NCBI GenBank assembly: GCA_951406725.2
Contig: OX597836.1
Span: 28,520,001 to 28,584,000 of the forward strand
Origin: Octopus vulgaris
Lineage: Eukaryota
Direction of reading: 5' to 3'
Length of the DNA: 64,000 nt
Positions 63,626-64,000 of this stretch are shown piece after piece. The first letter of the stretch is position 1. Each line of letters begins with the position of its first letter. Made by a program: the position numbers and the translations under genes. Under the pieces are notes generated by a model. The model was given only the letters and a program-made list of their open reading frames with translations, was not told where the DNA came from and made no database searches.

Positions 63626-64000
63626 CTGTTGCAATGACACAGAATAAATAAATAAAGAAATAGTCATACAAACATCATTAGCATTAATAAAGAATTATTA
63701 TGTGGAGAGGGAACAGGTGGTAATGATGATGATGATGATGGTGGTAGTGGTGAAACTTATTTCTTACCAGAGCATAGTTATATATAATTCATACCACAGA
63801 CATATATATAAGCATCTCTAGGGTTTCATAACATAACAAGTAGGGCAGATACAACCATCTCTGCGATTTTATGGCTGTCTGGGAAGAGCTTTGGTCCTAC
63901 ATCTAACAAGGCATGTCTAAAAGTGAAGGTAAAGGTACAGTTTTCTTCTTGAGTCATGTCAACTCACAAGGGCCAATTTCCTGGTTTCCATGGTGTAAAT

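Overview
Eukaryotic, intron-rich, microsatellite- and SINE-dense genomic DNA; the repeat families look like those of octopod cephalopods (inferred, not verified by search). Two convergent genes are present. (1) The + strand carries the last five coding exons (<1-7809) of an extended-Tudor-domain protein (TDRD5/TDRD7-like). (2) The - strand carries at least 26 coding exons (63625 to 15083; the gene starts beyond the window end) that splice in frame into about 1,250 aa of a mosaic serine protease: 8 LDLa modules with Ser/Thr-rich linkers, a 10-Cys Frizzled domain, 6 more LDLa modules, an SRCR domain and an S1 protease domain with an intact His/Asp/Ser triad. The architecture is corin-like, but the activation site is Phe|IIGG and the S1 pocket is non-tryptic. 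Introns and intergenic DNA hold several tRNA-derived SINE families, Tc1/mariner, piggyBac-like and 8-bp-TSD MITEs, LINE and Gypsy relics, fold-back elements, minisatellites, and several minimal type-I hammerhead-ribozyme-like motifs, one near-perfect and in sense orientation. A 24-bp array lies in frame behind a splice acceptor and would read (F-V/A-I-G-S-S-K-R) x34. Most ORFs in the supplied track are microsatellite or SINE artefacts. All exon boundaries were read by eye from GT/AG signals and codon phase; repeat boundaries are approximate unless a TSD is cited.
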